DNA from: Picochlorum sp. SENEW3
Lineage: Eukaryota
Direction of reading: 5' to 3'
Assembly (NCBI GenBank): GCA_034226945.1
Contig: CP120453.1
Span: forward strand, 62,001-126,000
Length of the DNA: 64,000 bases
Positions 46,795 to 60,446 of the stretch are shown piece after piece. The first letter of the stretch is position 1. Every line of letters begins with the position of its first letter. Position numbers and translations under genes: made by a program. Below the pieces are notes generated by a model, which saw only the letters and a program-made list of their open reading frames with translations, searched no databases and was not told the origin of the DNA.

Positions 46795-48306
46795 ATGGAA
46801 GACGGGGAGGACAATGGTACTTTTTCCTTGCAGTACCGTGCAGCGCCTGTTATGGTCGGCGGTGGACGCGTGGTTGATGGCTCTGATGGGAATCACAATC
46901 ATATAGAATATGGTGTGTCAGAATACCATCAGGTGGATGGAGATCAAGGGAAGAACAAAGGTTGTGAGCCATCATCCATGACACCATCATCTGGGATTAA
47001 GGGTGGGCAGCAGCAGCAGGTTAAGACAAGCAAGTCGGCTGTTGCATCGTTGATTGGTCTATGTATACCAGATGAAGGGTTTCGATCACGTGAAAGAGAC
47101 TTTCAGATGCATGTGCTCGAGTCTCTGTCCATGGAGACGGCGCATGAGGAGTATTTCTCTTTTGCATCCAAGACGTATCCAGCAGTAGTCAGCAGTGGAC
47201 ATCTTGATGATGGGAATATCATTGGGATAAACCCCGATGTGATGCGACGGCTTGCGATTGATTATGAAGGATCAAAGGCGCTGCAGGGTATCATCTTGTC
47301 TCGTGGTAAAGTAAAACCACCTCGAATGACGATCACGCCATCATGGCGTGTTCACAGAGCAACAGAGCCACTCTATGATGATGATGACGCATCATATGAT
47401 CTGGTGATTGATCGGATGTTTGATGCTCTGTCAAAGGATATTGTGAATTTGTGCCTGGATATGTATGGGAACTATACAGTACAGTGTTTGCTGATGGAAG
47501 CATCCCCCAGTGTTGCATCACAGCTGGGCGATGTGATTGTGTCCAATCTGCTGCCATTCTCGTTGAATTTTTATGGTTGCCGAGTGGTCCAGTGTGCCAT
47601 GAAACACATGTCTATGGAATATAGAAAGAAAATGTGTGATGTTCTAGAGCCATTCGCCCTGCATTGTCTTCAGAGTCAGAATGCGAATCATGTGATTGAT
47701 GCTCTTCTGAGGTTGCCAGAGAGGGACAGGCCGGAGCATGTTATACGGATTCATACTTCTATATGCCATTATGCGCCAGTCTTGGCGAAACATAAATATG
47801 GTGTCACAGTATTGAAAACTGCTTTGGAGTCTGATATCGGGACAGAGGCGTCGAAAGAAGGCACGAGATCTGTCCTTGAAGCATTGGGTGAACTTGTCTA
47901 TGATGAGTATGGCAACTATCTGGTCCAGAATTTGATACAGGGGAACTTGTATGGCTCCCGTCATGCCGTGCATGAATTTCTTTTACGGTATCCTCTGTTG
48001 CCGTTGGCGTGTGACAAGTTTGGCTCGAATGTCTTTGAAACATTGCTGTTGAACAGCACTGCAGAAGAGAGTGATGCAGTGATCCTTGCATTCCTGGAAC
48101 AATGCCAGGCTGCTGGGCAGACGGATGAGATGGTCGCGAACATAGCTATGAACAGGTATGGAAATTACGTTGTTCAGAGAATGTTGACGGTATCATCCCC
48201 TCGAGTTTGTCAAACCATGTCCATGCACCTGGCACTGCATTATGCCATGCTGGCAGGGAGCAAGCATGGCAAGCATATTGCAAAAAAGATCTTGCCCACA
48301 CAATGA
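46795..48306 (+). CDS. Pumilio/PUF RNA-binding protein
   Basis: PUF repeats YGNYTVQ, YGCRVVQ, NANHVID, YGVTVLK, YGNYLVQ, FGSNVFE, YGNYVVQ and terminal GKHI. Confidence 0.92.
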   Translation: MEDGEDNGTFSLQYRAAPVMVGGGRVVDGSDGNHNHIEYGVSEYHQVDGDQGKNKGCEPSSMTPSSGIKGGQQQQVKTSKSAVASLIGLCIPDEGFRSRERDFQMHVLESLSMETAHEEYFSFASKTYPAVVSSGHLDDGNIIGINPDVMRRLAIDYEGSKALQGIILSRGKVKPPRMTITPSWRVHRATEPLYDDDDASYDLVIDRMFDALSKDIVNLCLDMYGNYTVQCLLMEASPSVASQLGDVIVSNLLPFSLNFYGCRVVQCAMKHMSMEYRKKMCDVLEPFALHCLQSQNANHVIDALLRLPERDRPEHVIRIHTSICHYAPVLAKHKYGVTVLKTALESDIGTEASKEGTRSVLEALGELVYDEYGNYLVQNLIQGNLYGSRHAVHEFLLRYPLLPLACDKFGSNVFETLLLNSTAEESDAVILAFLEQCQAAGQTDEMVANIAMNRYGNYVVQRMLTVSSPRVCQTMSMHLALHYAMLAGSKHGKHIAKKILPTQ

Positions 48307-48962
48307 TGATCATGTCCTTGATGATGAGGAACGCATTGAAAATGATACAGAAGATTCTTATCATAAGACCATGTACTACTTGTTATTATTTACCGATGAA
48401 TACCTTGTACATATTTATACCCCATTCATTTATACATACAGATTCATTAGTTCTATATGCATGTAAGCATTCTCTAGGCACCTCTTTCAGTTTCACAAGT
48501 ACTAAGAGGGCACACATGTTGCAGCAGCGTTCTGGTCATAACAGAAGTTTCATGTTTCAAGCAAGAGTTCCGTGCGGAAGAAAACCGGCAGAGCTAGTCA
48601 GAATTCAGTCAAGTCTTTTCAAAATGCAGAGAGGAGCAGTTGCCCAATCTCGACAGTGGGACTCGGTCGAAAAGGTTCTGTGATGGGTCTATACAATATT
48701 TCGGTTTTGAGCATTCCCTGACATGTTCTCGCCGAAGAGGCATCAAAAGTCGTCTGGATAGGGCGATGGTGGTTATTTATGCCATGAGAAACATATTTTG
48801 CGGGAAATAGAACTGACGATGGTCTGTTGAAGGATTTATCTTGAATTTCAACAGGCTGCATGGAACCTTTAAACCATTTCACGCCTCAAATTCGGCAAGT
48901 ATTGCATATTCAGATACATAATTGATTACATATTAGATTTGGAGAAGTATAGAGCCACTGCG

Positions 48963-50207
48963 ATGCCGAGTCTATTGCTGCTGGGAGGAGACGCTCGAAT
49001 TCTGGGCAAGGAACTGCAGGTGAGGAAGAACAAGAGAAACAAGACTGCTGTGTTTTCCTCTTCGCGCTCTTCTCGATGTGGATATAGTAGACCAGCAGTG
49101 CTTTCAAGTGTATCATCTGTCCATAAAAACAGACGTATTAGGCATCGTCGATACCGTGCTCAGGTGTACTCAGACTCGTATGATGAGGAAGAAGAGCAAG
49201 AAGAAGAAGCAGAGAAGGCTGGGATGACGGATAGTAGTAGTGTGGACAAGGAGGCTCTGGACGGAGCATACGAGAATGTATTTGCGGCTCAAGAAGCATT
49301 AAAGAGAGAAAATCGGAAGGGGAAAAGCGAGTTCGATACTATAGGACACAGTAGAGAAGACGTACAGGTGTGTTAGACTTGATGCTCTGTGGTACTATAT
49401 TGTTGCTGTATATTATGTATCTGTGGTACTATTCTTGCAGCGTATGGTTGAGACATCGATGCTTGCTGCGGTAGCTGGCTTGTCGTACATGTTTGCGAGT
49501 TTATTCAAGTTGGAAGGATATCTGAGTTATGTGCTGCCTCTGCCTGTTGTCTTGTCCAGTGTCAGGTCTGGGCCATTGTATTCCTTGCATTGCGTCTCAG
49601 TTGTGTTTTTGCTTTTATTTAGTACGTATAGATTGAATATGTGTGTGTCATAATGATGATTGTCACTATTCGGTACATCCTTATGCAGTACTGATGGGTC
49701 CTGTTAGAGGTGTGACATACATGCTTGTGTATGGATTTTTGTCAGTGGCGCTTGGTATAACATTTCGGCTGAATGTTCCTTGGGTCCTTAGTGTACCTTT
49801 GTCAGCCGTGGTTCGATTGCTTGGCCAATGGCTATATATTATGGTGACATCTTGGGTCACACGAGAGAATTTGATAGAGTTACTTGTGACTAATGCTCAA
49901 ACACTGCTGGTACGTGTTTGGATTCTACTGTGTTCACACAAGATGTATGTACATATTGACTGAATGGTATATTGAATAATAATGTTACACGCAGGATAAT
50001 ATGGGCGCATGGATGGGTAGTTCAGGCTCTGCGTCATTCAGTGGAGTTGCTATCACTCTGTTTTCCATGCTGGCAGTGAATGCAGTTTTCTATGTATTCA
50101 TGATGCATGTGTTGTATACAATACTTCTTAGTTCCATGGGATATAGTGTTAGGCCTTTGCCTGGTGTATTGAAACGGTTTACACAATCGCAGACATCACC
50201 TTTATGA
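48963..50207 (+). CDS. DUF2232-like membrane protein, probably plastid
   Basis: Four exons (introns ~49368-49440, 49623-49688, 49910-49994). MVETSMLAA...LPLPVVL...LMGPVRG and multiple TM helices. Confidence 0.78.
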
Positions 50208-52846
50208 GGAAGATGGTGATGATGATCCCACAAAGCTGCGAATGATGTCTAGGAGAACTGTCTTGTTGCCCTGGAATTGCAGGATACTAAAGGATGTAAT
50301 TTCTCTCCCAACACAATCCAAAGTAGCTGCATCATCATGGTGCGATTTTCGTTGTTAATGCTTGGATAAGGGACAAACAACAAGAAGACAGCGCATACCA
50401 TATTTTGCATGAAACTTGTGAATCAATGCATGCTCCTCTGGTGTCCACGAGTGTTTACTGATCGCTTGCATTGTTGCTGCAAAAGTCATAATACTAAGAT
50501 TTGGATCAATATTGTGCTGATGCATTGGAAATTGTTTAGGCATGGGTTGACCTGAGAGGACTGTTGCATGATTTGTCGTGGAAAGGTTCCCTCTGGTGAA
50601 TGTCGTGGTGCGAGGGCTGGCTGGCTTGGTGTGTTTCTTCTGATGCACACCATGATCATCTGATGGATCAAGTAATATAGCTTTGATTCCTGGAGTTCCG
50701 TGGGTGTGCGCATAATGCGCAGCAGCAGCAAGAGTATCCATGCTGACTGGGACAGATTGTTTGTTGGCCTTCTCGTTCTTTTCTACGGCATCTCTCATCT
50801 CATTGGATGGTATTTTTGATACTTGTATGGCTTTCTCAACTAACGTGAGTTGTATACCATCATCAGGTTGAATAGATCCTTCAACCAGCCATGCCATGAA
50901 CCCAAGACCCTGCAACAAAAGGCAATGCTATTGTCATTTCATGTCCTTTTCGTTGTTCCTGGAGGCTTCAGAGAAATGACAATCATCACATACCCTAATT
51001 GCTTGACGTCCTTTCTCAGATGATTCCATTTCAAAGACAAAGTGTTTTTGAAGGGCTGCGTCGAAAACAGCAAACGTGTCCCTCGAATTGGACAGTTGGC
51101 AAATCTGCACACGATGCACACCACCATAAGCAAAGCCCAACGTATTGATTGATAGTACACATTGAACATACACGTTGATATAAAGTATCCGGAATTTCAC
51201 AGCGCATCTTGGCCAAGTGGTGCGATGTAAGCGCTTTGGAAGCAGTCTGAGGATCAGTGAAAATCCAAGGTGTATCAGAGACTGGGACCTTGACGTGTTC
51301 TTGCATGCGACCTTGTTGTCCTCCTGCAGCAGCTGGCTTCCTCTTGGTAGTTGATTGGAAAAGATACTCGAAACCCTGTCCGTTATCATGCTTGGAAATT
51401 TTGATGGAGAGGGGATTTGACGCATCCTTTTCAAATGTAAGGACATCACCTGGAGTTATTCTGATGTGGTCCCACAAGTCCTGAAATTGACCCTGCAGTC
51501 CATGCGATATTTAAATCATTCTCAAATGTAATTATATAGGAAGAACAGTCATGGTATCGCACCCCGAGGGTATACTGAAGGCGCATATCGTTTCTTGTCT
51601 CTGACAGAATATCACATTGCCATTCTCCACCCTGACTGTCAATCAGATGGACAGACGGTCCATTCCCAAAAAGCTCACGGAAAACTTTATCTACAAGTAT
51701 TCATATGTATTGGTTAGAAGGTTTGTGACATTCATCGCCAACAGAAGAGATGACGTACTTGCAAAGTGCACAGTCTTTTGCTCAGCCCACCATGGTGGAA
51801 CGACCTTGACCCACGTCGTCGGCCCTCTTCTCTGCCAATCAGTACGAGGTCTCTGTACAATACCTTTTGCTCCTTTAGATGTCGATTTCGTGCCTTGAGC
51901 ACCTCTACTACCTCGCGACTTCTTTAGCCCCTGACTTTGGTGAGGAGCAAAATCATCATCTTTGTCTCCAGACCTTTTCCGCTTGGTTGCACCGATCTGA
52001 TGCATCTCGTCATCACTATCATCGCTATCTGCATTCATGACATCCAAAAAAAAATGAAAGATCCACACATGACTCTCCAACAATAAATGCACACCCACCT
52101 GGAACAGTGTGTCTAGGGCAAAGCAGTTGACACTGCGCGACATCAACCACGACATCCGTCGCATTCATACAGCACTCGAGATGATAGGACTTGTCACATC
52201 TAGAGTAATCGCATGCGATATACGCACCAAACTGCCCACATTTCTGACACCTTGTTCTAGTAGCCATCTCCATTGCATCAGTGAAACCATCCATCGTGAA
52301 ATGGTCCACCGTCCCATGACTTTTCATCGCCCACATGGCACAAAAGTGATGAGCATGTACCACCCGCTCGGCTTTATCCCGGAAACAAAGCACCTTGCCC
52401 AAGTCCTTCTTCATATGACCCATACTACACAGCTGACACCTGGCATCATCCTCTGGGTGCAAGCTCACACTCAATCCATGATATTTCGAGAGAGATTCAT
52501 CAACAACAACCTCTCGTTTCACCTGTTGCTTTCGTGGCGTTGGCGCAATTTCCGCCCTGTCCCCATCACCATGCCCTGCATGTACATCCCACAGAGTGCA
52601 TGCCACTCCCCCATCTTGACACGACTCTTTCTTCTGCTCCACTGGTACCTCATTGATCTTTTCTGATTCCTCCGAGGTATGCAGCGTGCGATCTTTTGGT
52701 CCCCCAAGCCCAAGACCCACACCTGCTCCATTCTCAAGAATACCCCTCTCCGGCAGATTCAACTTCCCGCCCTTTTCCTCAGTCTTTACGTGAACTAAAC
52801 CATCTGATTTATTCATAGATAATATATTAGGATGAAAAGAATCCAT
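50202..52846 (-). CDS. Multi-exon chromatin/transcription regulator: extended PHD, B3-like domain and Cys-rich finger
   Basis: ePHD (CQLC...HHFCAMW...CQKCGQFGAYIACDYSRCDKSYHLEC...CPRH). B3-like VHLIDSQGGEWQ...ITPGDVLTF. CSMC..CASC..CC cluster. Last exon 50326-50202. Internal exon borders approximate. Confidence 0.72.
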
Positions 52847-53318
52847 TCTAGTTCCCCGTGGTCCTGCAAAGACATTGTCAAAAGTCCCGTTGACGAAGCA
52901 CCCAACACACATAGACACCCAAAACCATCAAAACGCACATATGAGTACTATGTAAACAAAATAATAACGTATTTCATGCAGAAGGATGCAGTCGGTGCAA
53001 ACTGGTGGCAGTATCGCTGGTCCCAGTTTTGCAATGCTGAGTCACCGTGCCACGCAGATTCTCTGTGGTACATATACCAGAGTGTGACTGATGATATATT
53101 TCAATAGGTAATTTCTGATAGTTTCAATGCTGCTATGCAGCCATGTAGAGGTCATGGGTGGGGTGGGAATCTCATTGGGCACATTCAACGCTTGCGTTGA
53201 CCACGCTGTCACCAATGCCCTCGGTCAACGACAGTACAGCATCGAGGTGTATTTGACACCTGGCAGGGGCATGATTGATTTTACATGTGTAGATCAATTA
53301 CTACTACTGTCGATTCAA

Positions 53319-56300
53319 TCAATAATCAGAATCAGTTTCACTACTGCTGCTGGCAGTCGTGTCACTGCCACTACTGGTTCCAAGGGCACCATATCGCTGC
53401 CTGCGCTTTTTGCCTCTCTTTTCCTTGTTGATTTGGGCATCCGTCTCTTCATCTGATGTGAGCATGTCAGCCAAAGGATCTGGCTCTATCAGGGACTTTC
53501 GTTTACCACCAGGGGCTTTGCTCTGTTCTGCTCGTTTTCGGACTCGTGTCTTGAGGTTGCTTTCGTCGTGATTGGAACAAATCCACTTTCCTTTTGGCAG
53601 TACTTGTCCACTGCAGTCGACGTGAGCAGATACGGCGCATCCATCTTCGTGCTCGCAGCAGATCAAATCTCCTGCCAAGAGACACACACTGCACTGGTAT
53701 CCCCACCTGCATTTGGCGACATCCTCATCTGAGGCCATGACATCCATGGCTGTTGTTGCATTTCGCCCCTGGGGGAATGCCTCTCTACCGATGAGTTTCA
53801 ACACAATCTTGACGCCACTGTCTGTTTTGGCTTTTCCGGTTCTAATCATCATGGGTCTTTCCTGAGGAGGTAACATCTGTTGGGACTTTTCCTTCTGAAG
53901 TTGTATCTCAGCCTGTTGTCGCTCTTCCTCTTCTGCTTCCCACCGTGCAATTTCTTTCTCCAACGCTATGCATCTTTCGATCAATAGGTTGACTCGATCG
54001 CCAAGGATAAATGCGCAACATGTTGCTTGAACCATGCCCACAGCAGGCGGAGAAGCGGCTGCACGCAAAACAGATTTGAGCCAGACGGCACGCTCTCTTC
54101 CAGATCTCCAGAGGCGAGCAGGCTTTCTCATTCTCTTTTCTCGAAGATACGTGTGCTCAGCTTCGGAGCAATCATAATCATCATCGCAAGATACTGGGGC
54201 TGGTAAAGAGATGAATGGCTTTAATGCTTTGAAGAGAGGGTTCTCCTGAATCAGGGCTGTCACATGGTCAATCTCCTCGGATCCATTCTCATGCATGGCA
54301 TCCTTTGTGTCATTTTCGTCTTCTGTGATATTAACGTCAGGATTCTCTTCCTTTTGTAAATCATCATTCTCTGTTTGTTTCACCTCTCCCTTTATTGGTT
54401 CAGTAATATTCATGGGGGGCAATTTCGCTGCAGCATCTTCTCCTAGAAACATTGGCATGTTTTCATTTGAGGCATATGGAGGCAGTCCTTCACCAGCAAT
54501 GGACAGTATAGCTTCTATTCGTAGTAAGAAATCGCAGACTTGTGACGCATTTTCTAATGATCTGAGCTCTTTTCTATACCCTTTGAGGTCTGCTGCAAGC
54601 TCAATTTCTGATGTGACAATTTCGGACAGGATGTCATCAATTTTGGATTTTGCCTCGGATAGTGCCTCATTTGTTGCTGATGCTGCAAGATCTTCTAACG
54701 AACGCTGTTTCTGTCTACCATCTGTTGGAGTAGGTCTGTCGATGGAATCCATGACGAGATTTTTGGTGTCTTGTTCAAGAAATGAAGCACAGATCCTCTT
54801 GTAGAATCTCCTCAATCTTCGCAAAAGATTGCCTTCCTTGGGCCCCCTTCGGATAAGACTTGTCATGAGGGCATCTAAAGTTTCTTTTGATTTGATGATG
54901 CCAGCATGATGTCCTTCAGCATCTTCTACTAAGAGAATGGCCTGGGAGCCCCGCAACCACCAGTATCTCCTACCATATCTATCAACACCCATGCACTCTG
55001 TCCTGAACGCCCTTGTACTCAGCCTCTCCTCAGCCTGTGATTCTTTCTCTTGTACATGCAGACTAATATCTTCTTCGAAATCGTCGTCGTCGTCGTCGTC
55101 ATCCTCAGATCCATTTTCAGTGCCTCCTGTCTTCCTTCTTCTGTCTTCAGATACCTTGTCTTTCCTTAATTTCCTTGCTTGGGATAATACTTTGGAAAAG
55201 TCGGTCGAAATTTTTGCACAGTCCTGGATTTTTTCTCCCATATCCGCTTTCAAGGTATACCCCTGAGAGATGTCGTAGCACAGCGCTGATAACAAGGAAA
55301 GCTGCAGTTCTGCTGGCATTTCCCACCAACCCTTTGTTGTCAAATACTTGCTGGCTTCATCCTGAAGCTTGGAATAATCGTCACTGAATAGCCCTCTTGG
55401 CAGCGAATCTGGTTTTGGTTGATATATTCCCTCTTCAAGGTCTTTTTCTGTTGGCCTTCTTGTAATTTCGACGTATTTTCTCAACACTTCTGGCCAGGTT
55501 ACGTTTGTGAGCATTCTCGTCCATTTACGTGCTCTAGACCGCATTGGTGGATCCCTATTTAATTGCTCCAAGAGGCAGCATAGCAAAAGCTGGCTATATA
55601 AGGGTACAAGCCCTCGGGCATGATCCAATGGCCAACGTGTTGAGAGCATCAAATCTGGTGTATCAAAAATCTCCTCAAGCTCACAGATATCTCCGTACAA
55701 ACTGACAAATTCTGCAACTCCAGCTGCTTCATTGAAGCTAGAGAAATTCTTTTCATCCTTGAACAAGCGTGGATACTCTTGAGGAGGCCCAACGATAACA
55801 GACTTGAGCCTTGCCAGTTCCATCTCTGCTTTCTGGATCTCAGTGCTATTAACTGTCAGAGCATCATCATCTACGGGATCTATCACATCTGCCAATCCAC
55901 GCAATTCTTTTAACTTTGCTTCAACCACCTTGATTGATTTCTTTTCTTCATCCAGGGCGTCCCAATCACATATCTTTCTCTTTGGAGCTCCTTTCCTCTC
56001 CCCTTCCACCAACTTTGTAGACTTTCTGTTATTCATCCTCTTGCGTTGCTTTCTCTCAGCGACCTGAAGCTTCTTTTCATTTTGTGCCTCTGCCTCTTTC
56101 TTCTTCTCTTCAAGATCCAACAATTTTCGGATGACTGATTGTGCAGTTTCAATGCATTTTGAGCAGGACCAAGAATCCACAGGATATCGCATCTCAGACT
56201 CATCCAAGCACTCTTGGTGATACGCACGAGGACAGGTGTTGCAGTTACGAGTTTTAAATGTAACTTTATCTGATTTGGTAAGCCTGTGGCATCGTGGGCA

Positions 56301-57544
56301 CTTGGTATTTCTCGTTCTGACATCTCTGCTGCACTGCTCTGCAAGCCTCCTCAAACTCTCAATCTGACGCACTTCAATTTTCGAAATTGGCGACGCCCTC
56401 CTCCCACTTCTGGATTTCAAATCAGCTCCATTAGAGTACTGAACAAATATTGGACCGAGCGATTTCGCAACGCTTGCTGCAACATGTGCAGTCAAGCAGT
56501 ACTTTCCAGCAGGACACTTGAAAAAAGCAGCATCACTGTTGCAAATACCATTCACTGCAAAAAAACCGTCACATGTCAAATCCCTATTCTTTCCAGCACA
56601 TATACTTAATTCAACGCACCGTGATCCCGTGTATCTTTCGTCTCCTCTGGCAATACGCAATCATTCTCTTTCATCACAGCAATGATCTCGTCAACAAACA
56701 ACCCATCTTCATCAACATCCGCCAGTATATTAAAAATTGCCAACTTATCTTCATTAGAACTCATTCGTTTCTGCGTATCCTCAAATCCCTCAAGCAAAAA
56801 AGCCAACAGCCCATCCTTGAGAGGCCGTCCATCAAATTCCAATGTATTCAAATCAACACCTGCCTCATCTCCTTCAATATCCACATCGCTCTCACTTATA
56901 CCATCTCTCCTCATCTTTTTACTTTTCCGCCGAGTCTTCACGGCCAATTCTGCTGCATCAGCATCAGGCATCTCTGCATCAGAGTCAGAGGGCTGGTACT
57001 CATCTCGCTCTCCAGACTCATCCCGCTCCACTGGAAACGTCACCTTCCCCTCAAATTCCTCTGGAATACTCTCTTCTAGATTATAAAGACTCCGAAAATA
57101 TCTCTTCATTCTCCAAAAACACTCAGAATCCTCCCCAGCATCCCCTAGAGGCCCACACCACGCAGATTGATCCACCCACTCTACCACACCATCTGCATTC
57201 ACTCTACTCACTATGGATGATGCTGATCTTTTTTTAATCGCTGAAGACTCGACAGACACCCTGTCACCCCCAGCAGCAGGCTGCAAAACATACATTCCAG
57301 TTGTATCCTCCTGTTCCAACACCTTGAATGTTCCTTGCTTTCCTTCAACAGACACCCGCTCCCCAGGTATATACGACGTCATCAGCTTATCCAAAATCAT
57401 AGCAACCAACGTTTCCAAAGGCCATGTCGAATGATGTACCACATGCGCCATAGCCTCCTGTATATACCCTGGAAACTCTGCTGCCGTCAGTGGACTCCCC
57501 GCAGCACCGGCACCTTCACTGTCAATAACCAAATCATCCGACAT
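53319..57544 (-). CDS. ACF1/RLT-like ISWI partner (WAC-like, HARE-HTH, PHD, DDT, WHIM/WSD, PHD)
   Basis: Two ORFs join through intron 56619-56555. Contains CNTCPRAYHQEC..WSCSKC, TWPEVLRKY, MGVDRYGRRYWW, RGPKE and CSVC..CE..H..C..WIC..H. Confidence 0.85.
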
Positions 57545-58043
57545 GGTTATTCAATAGAGTCGTATACTGCAGTTCATACCATCCAATCGTTAATCAGGCT
57601 CGAATAGAGCGAACCACCCTCATACAAAAAATGCGACAGCAACCAACGCCGCATCCCCATATCACCGATCCTCTCGGTTTATGAGGTATTGATATAGGAA
57701 TATATCAACGGATACGGCAAAAAGGCGTTACTGAGCACAGGTGACTCACACCCAAACGCATGCTCGGAGCAACCTTCCAGCACGTCAGGCTTGGCCCTTG
57801 TCGCCAGATACAGCAGTATGACCCAACACTAGTACGTACCAATATCAGTTAAAGTATTCTATGGTGTAAAAGAGTTCATCAAATGTTCTGCTGAGAAACA
57901 CACAAATCGTGCCAGAGGTGTGGAGCAACAAGAAAAGGTATCCTATTCGTTAAATCGGCATCCACAGGGTACTTGGTGAATATTTAATGGTAAATAATAT
58001 AATTAATGGTGGTAAGGCAGGGGATGGTGTGCATGAAGTACAC

Positions 58044-59184
58044 CTACTCCTGAATGTATGCATGTCTGATGACTATCCATACATATCCACCTTCGTATTC
58101 CTGCTCGCGACAGAAAGATTCCTGCTCATGTGTTGTTTCTGTGTCTAGATGGCTGACAGAAACGTCTAGATGTCGCGATCGCATGGAATCTATAAAAGCA
58201 TCAAACATGGCCTTATCTCTGACTGCATTGCAAATATAGGCTGTGCCATCAGGGCGCAATCTGTGCTGTAGGGTGGCTGACAAGGACTGGACCATTGGCC
58301 ATTCGTACAAGACATCAGTCCCGAGAATAATATCGAATTTCGATTCCTCAGGAACGCCCGGAGCGACTATTCTCGAGCTTTCACCATCCAGCGCAGCTGG
58401 GGATTTTATGTCTACCGGTGTTTGTTGGTCAAGGAGGGCAACCGAGTCCTCCCAATCTATAAAGCGAACAGCCACATTGCCATTATTCCATCCCTTGGTA
58501 TCACGCTCACCTACCTGTTGTCCTGGGAATTCGTTACGATGGAGAGCATCTTTTAAATTCAGCAACAATTGGTCAACATAGTCGCTCACAACAACCTGAT
58601 GTGCCCCCATCTTTCCTGCCAGAAACCCACAGGCTCCACATCCAGCACCAACCTCGAGCACATCTTTCCCCTCCACACACAGTGCTGGGTCGTCCACCAT
58701 TTTCTGGCACATGATGCGCGCGACTCTCCACACCTTGGCTCCAACACCATCCCCAAGAGCGCCCTCCTTGATGTATAGTGTATGCCCTCCATACTCGATT
58801 GATCTGACCCTGTCTCCCTGAGCCAGAGGGCCACTGCACGTGGCAATGATCACCGACAAGTCATCCAACAATGTGTCTGAGAGCACATGTGAGAATAATT
58901 TCATAGTTCGTAACGCTTCATCGGCCATCCCACATTCCCTCGCTTCCTCGGCATATGGTTCTTTGGTTGAGATGGTCTTGGCAATGTCATGCAACAATAC
59001 AGCCAACCTGCACATGCCTCGATTGTCATTTAAATACCCCAATTAATGATTTTTATATATCATCATACCTGTCGACATTCTGATCTTTTGCATACGACTT
59101 CCACTTGTCAAGCCACGTGCATACAGTCTCGTTGGCAACGACAAGTTCGAGGAAATCCTCCTCATCTGCTGATGCATTACTCAT
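58044..59184 (-). CDS. SAM-dependent protein methyltransferase (METTL21/Methyltransf_16-like)
   Basis: Exon 59184-59069, intron ~59068-59008, then GAKVW, VLEVGAGCG, IDW and ILGTDVLY. Confidence 0.88.
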
Positions 59185-59282
59185 GGGTGTCCTTTATTCG
59201 TTCGTCTAATAATTACATTGTATTGTCTATGTACTTGTGCATATACGGTGAAGATCAGTCACGTGTGAAATCTCGTATAATT

Positions 59283-60446
59283 CTATGCCTCAAATATGGA
59301 AGAAAATCCCCTTGCCATGATTCGGTCTGAAAACGAGCTGGAACTAAGATTACTACCTCCTCGTCCATGGTGGTGCTGTGGTTTGTCAAGGGCATTTCCA
59401 TCTGCATCTGTTCTATCGCCGCTGATATTCCTCTCACGACTCTCTGCAGTATTCATCGCATTGGAGGAGGGTGTGAAGGGGGAACTGGGTTGTTCAATGT
59501 CAGATACTTTTGCTGCTGACAGTTTCTTGAGCGCATCCACCTTTCTAGACTGTCTCTTGGCGTTTGAATACAAGATGACTCCACCTACTGTAATTGAATA
59601 TCCTAGAATAGTGTAAAATGTCACGGGATTGCGGAAGCAAATGACAGATGCCACAACAGCAACAACTCCTTTTGCATTCCCAAGCACCTGCAGGGTGAGT
59701 GGTGATGTGTACTTGGTCACGAGGAAATTTGTCAGATTGACAAAGTATGCCATAAATGCGTTGAAACATAACAGCGTCCAAAAACCACCCGACTGTCCCA
59801 GTACCAAGGCATTGGCAAGAGCTGTGGGCTCAAAGTACAAGGTGATTGGCACCAACGCTGCCGTGGCCACAGGTGCCATGTATAGGAGCAAACTTAATGA
59901 ATCCATCTTTTCAGATGAATCTGATAACATGAGACCTTGCAAAACAGATTTGAGTGCCCGCCCTGCTGTAGCCATCAATGCTGCCAGAAATCCAACAAGG
60001 TTGAACATGGGCTCTGCTCCACTGGCAATGACAATCCCCACAACTACTGGAACCAGGGATAGATATACATCTTTCGATTCTCGATGTCCTAACATGACAG
60101 CTGACAGCATCGCTGTGAACGCTGGCGTTGTGGCACCTATAGCCTGATTAAAACTGACTGGAATATAGTTGAGCGACACATTACCCAGGACAACAGCGAC
60201 GCAGAAAATAAGCGCCAAGGTGGCAATCTTATAGAACTGTTTCTTCGACTTCACGGGCTGAAGTGTCACTGTATTACTAATAGCAAGCCCATAACTCATG
60301 ACGGAGCACGCCAGCATGTGACAGAGTGTCAAAAATGCAGGAAACTTGAACCCATACACACTCAGAAGGTATTTGTTCAGCAACAAGACCCCCACATTCG
60401 ACCCATACCAGCCCAATATAATCGCTCCTGTAAATAAATTAGGCAT
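59283..60446 (-). CDS. Nucleotide-sugar / sugar-phosphate translocator (TPT family)
   Basis: WYGSNVGVLLLNKYLLS..GFKFP, VSFNQAIGATTP and TSPLTLQVLGNAKG. First in-frame ATG at 60446. Confidence 0.92.
   Translation of the reverse strand: MPNLFTGAIILGWYGSNVGVLLLNKYLLSVYGFKFPAFLTLCHMLACSVMSYGLAISNTVTLQPVKSKKQFYKIATLALIFCVAVVLGNVSLNYIPVSFNQAIGATTPAFTAMLSAVMLGHRESKDVYLSLVPVVVGIVIASGAEPMFNLVGFLAALMATAGRALKSVLQGLMLSDSSEKMDSLSLLLYMAPVATAALVPITLYFEPTALANALVLGQSGGFWTLLCFNAFMAYFVNLTNFLVTKYTSPLTLQVLGNAKGVVAVVASVICFRNPVTFYTILGYSITVGGVILYSNAKRQSRKVDALKKLSAAKVSDIEQPSSPFTPSSNAMNTAESRERNISGDRTDADGNALDKPQHHHGRGGSNLSSSSFSDRIMARGFSSIFEA

Noticed and set aside
56555..56660. Programmed frameshift or pseudogene in the DDT protein
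   Set aside because: A canonical 65-nt GT-AG intron restores the frame.
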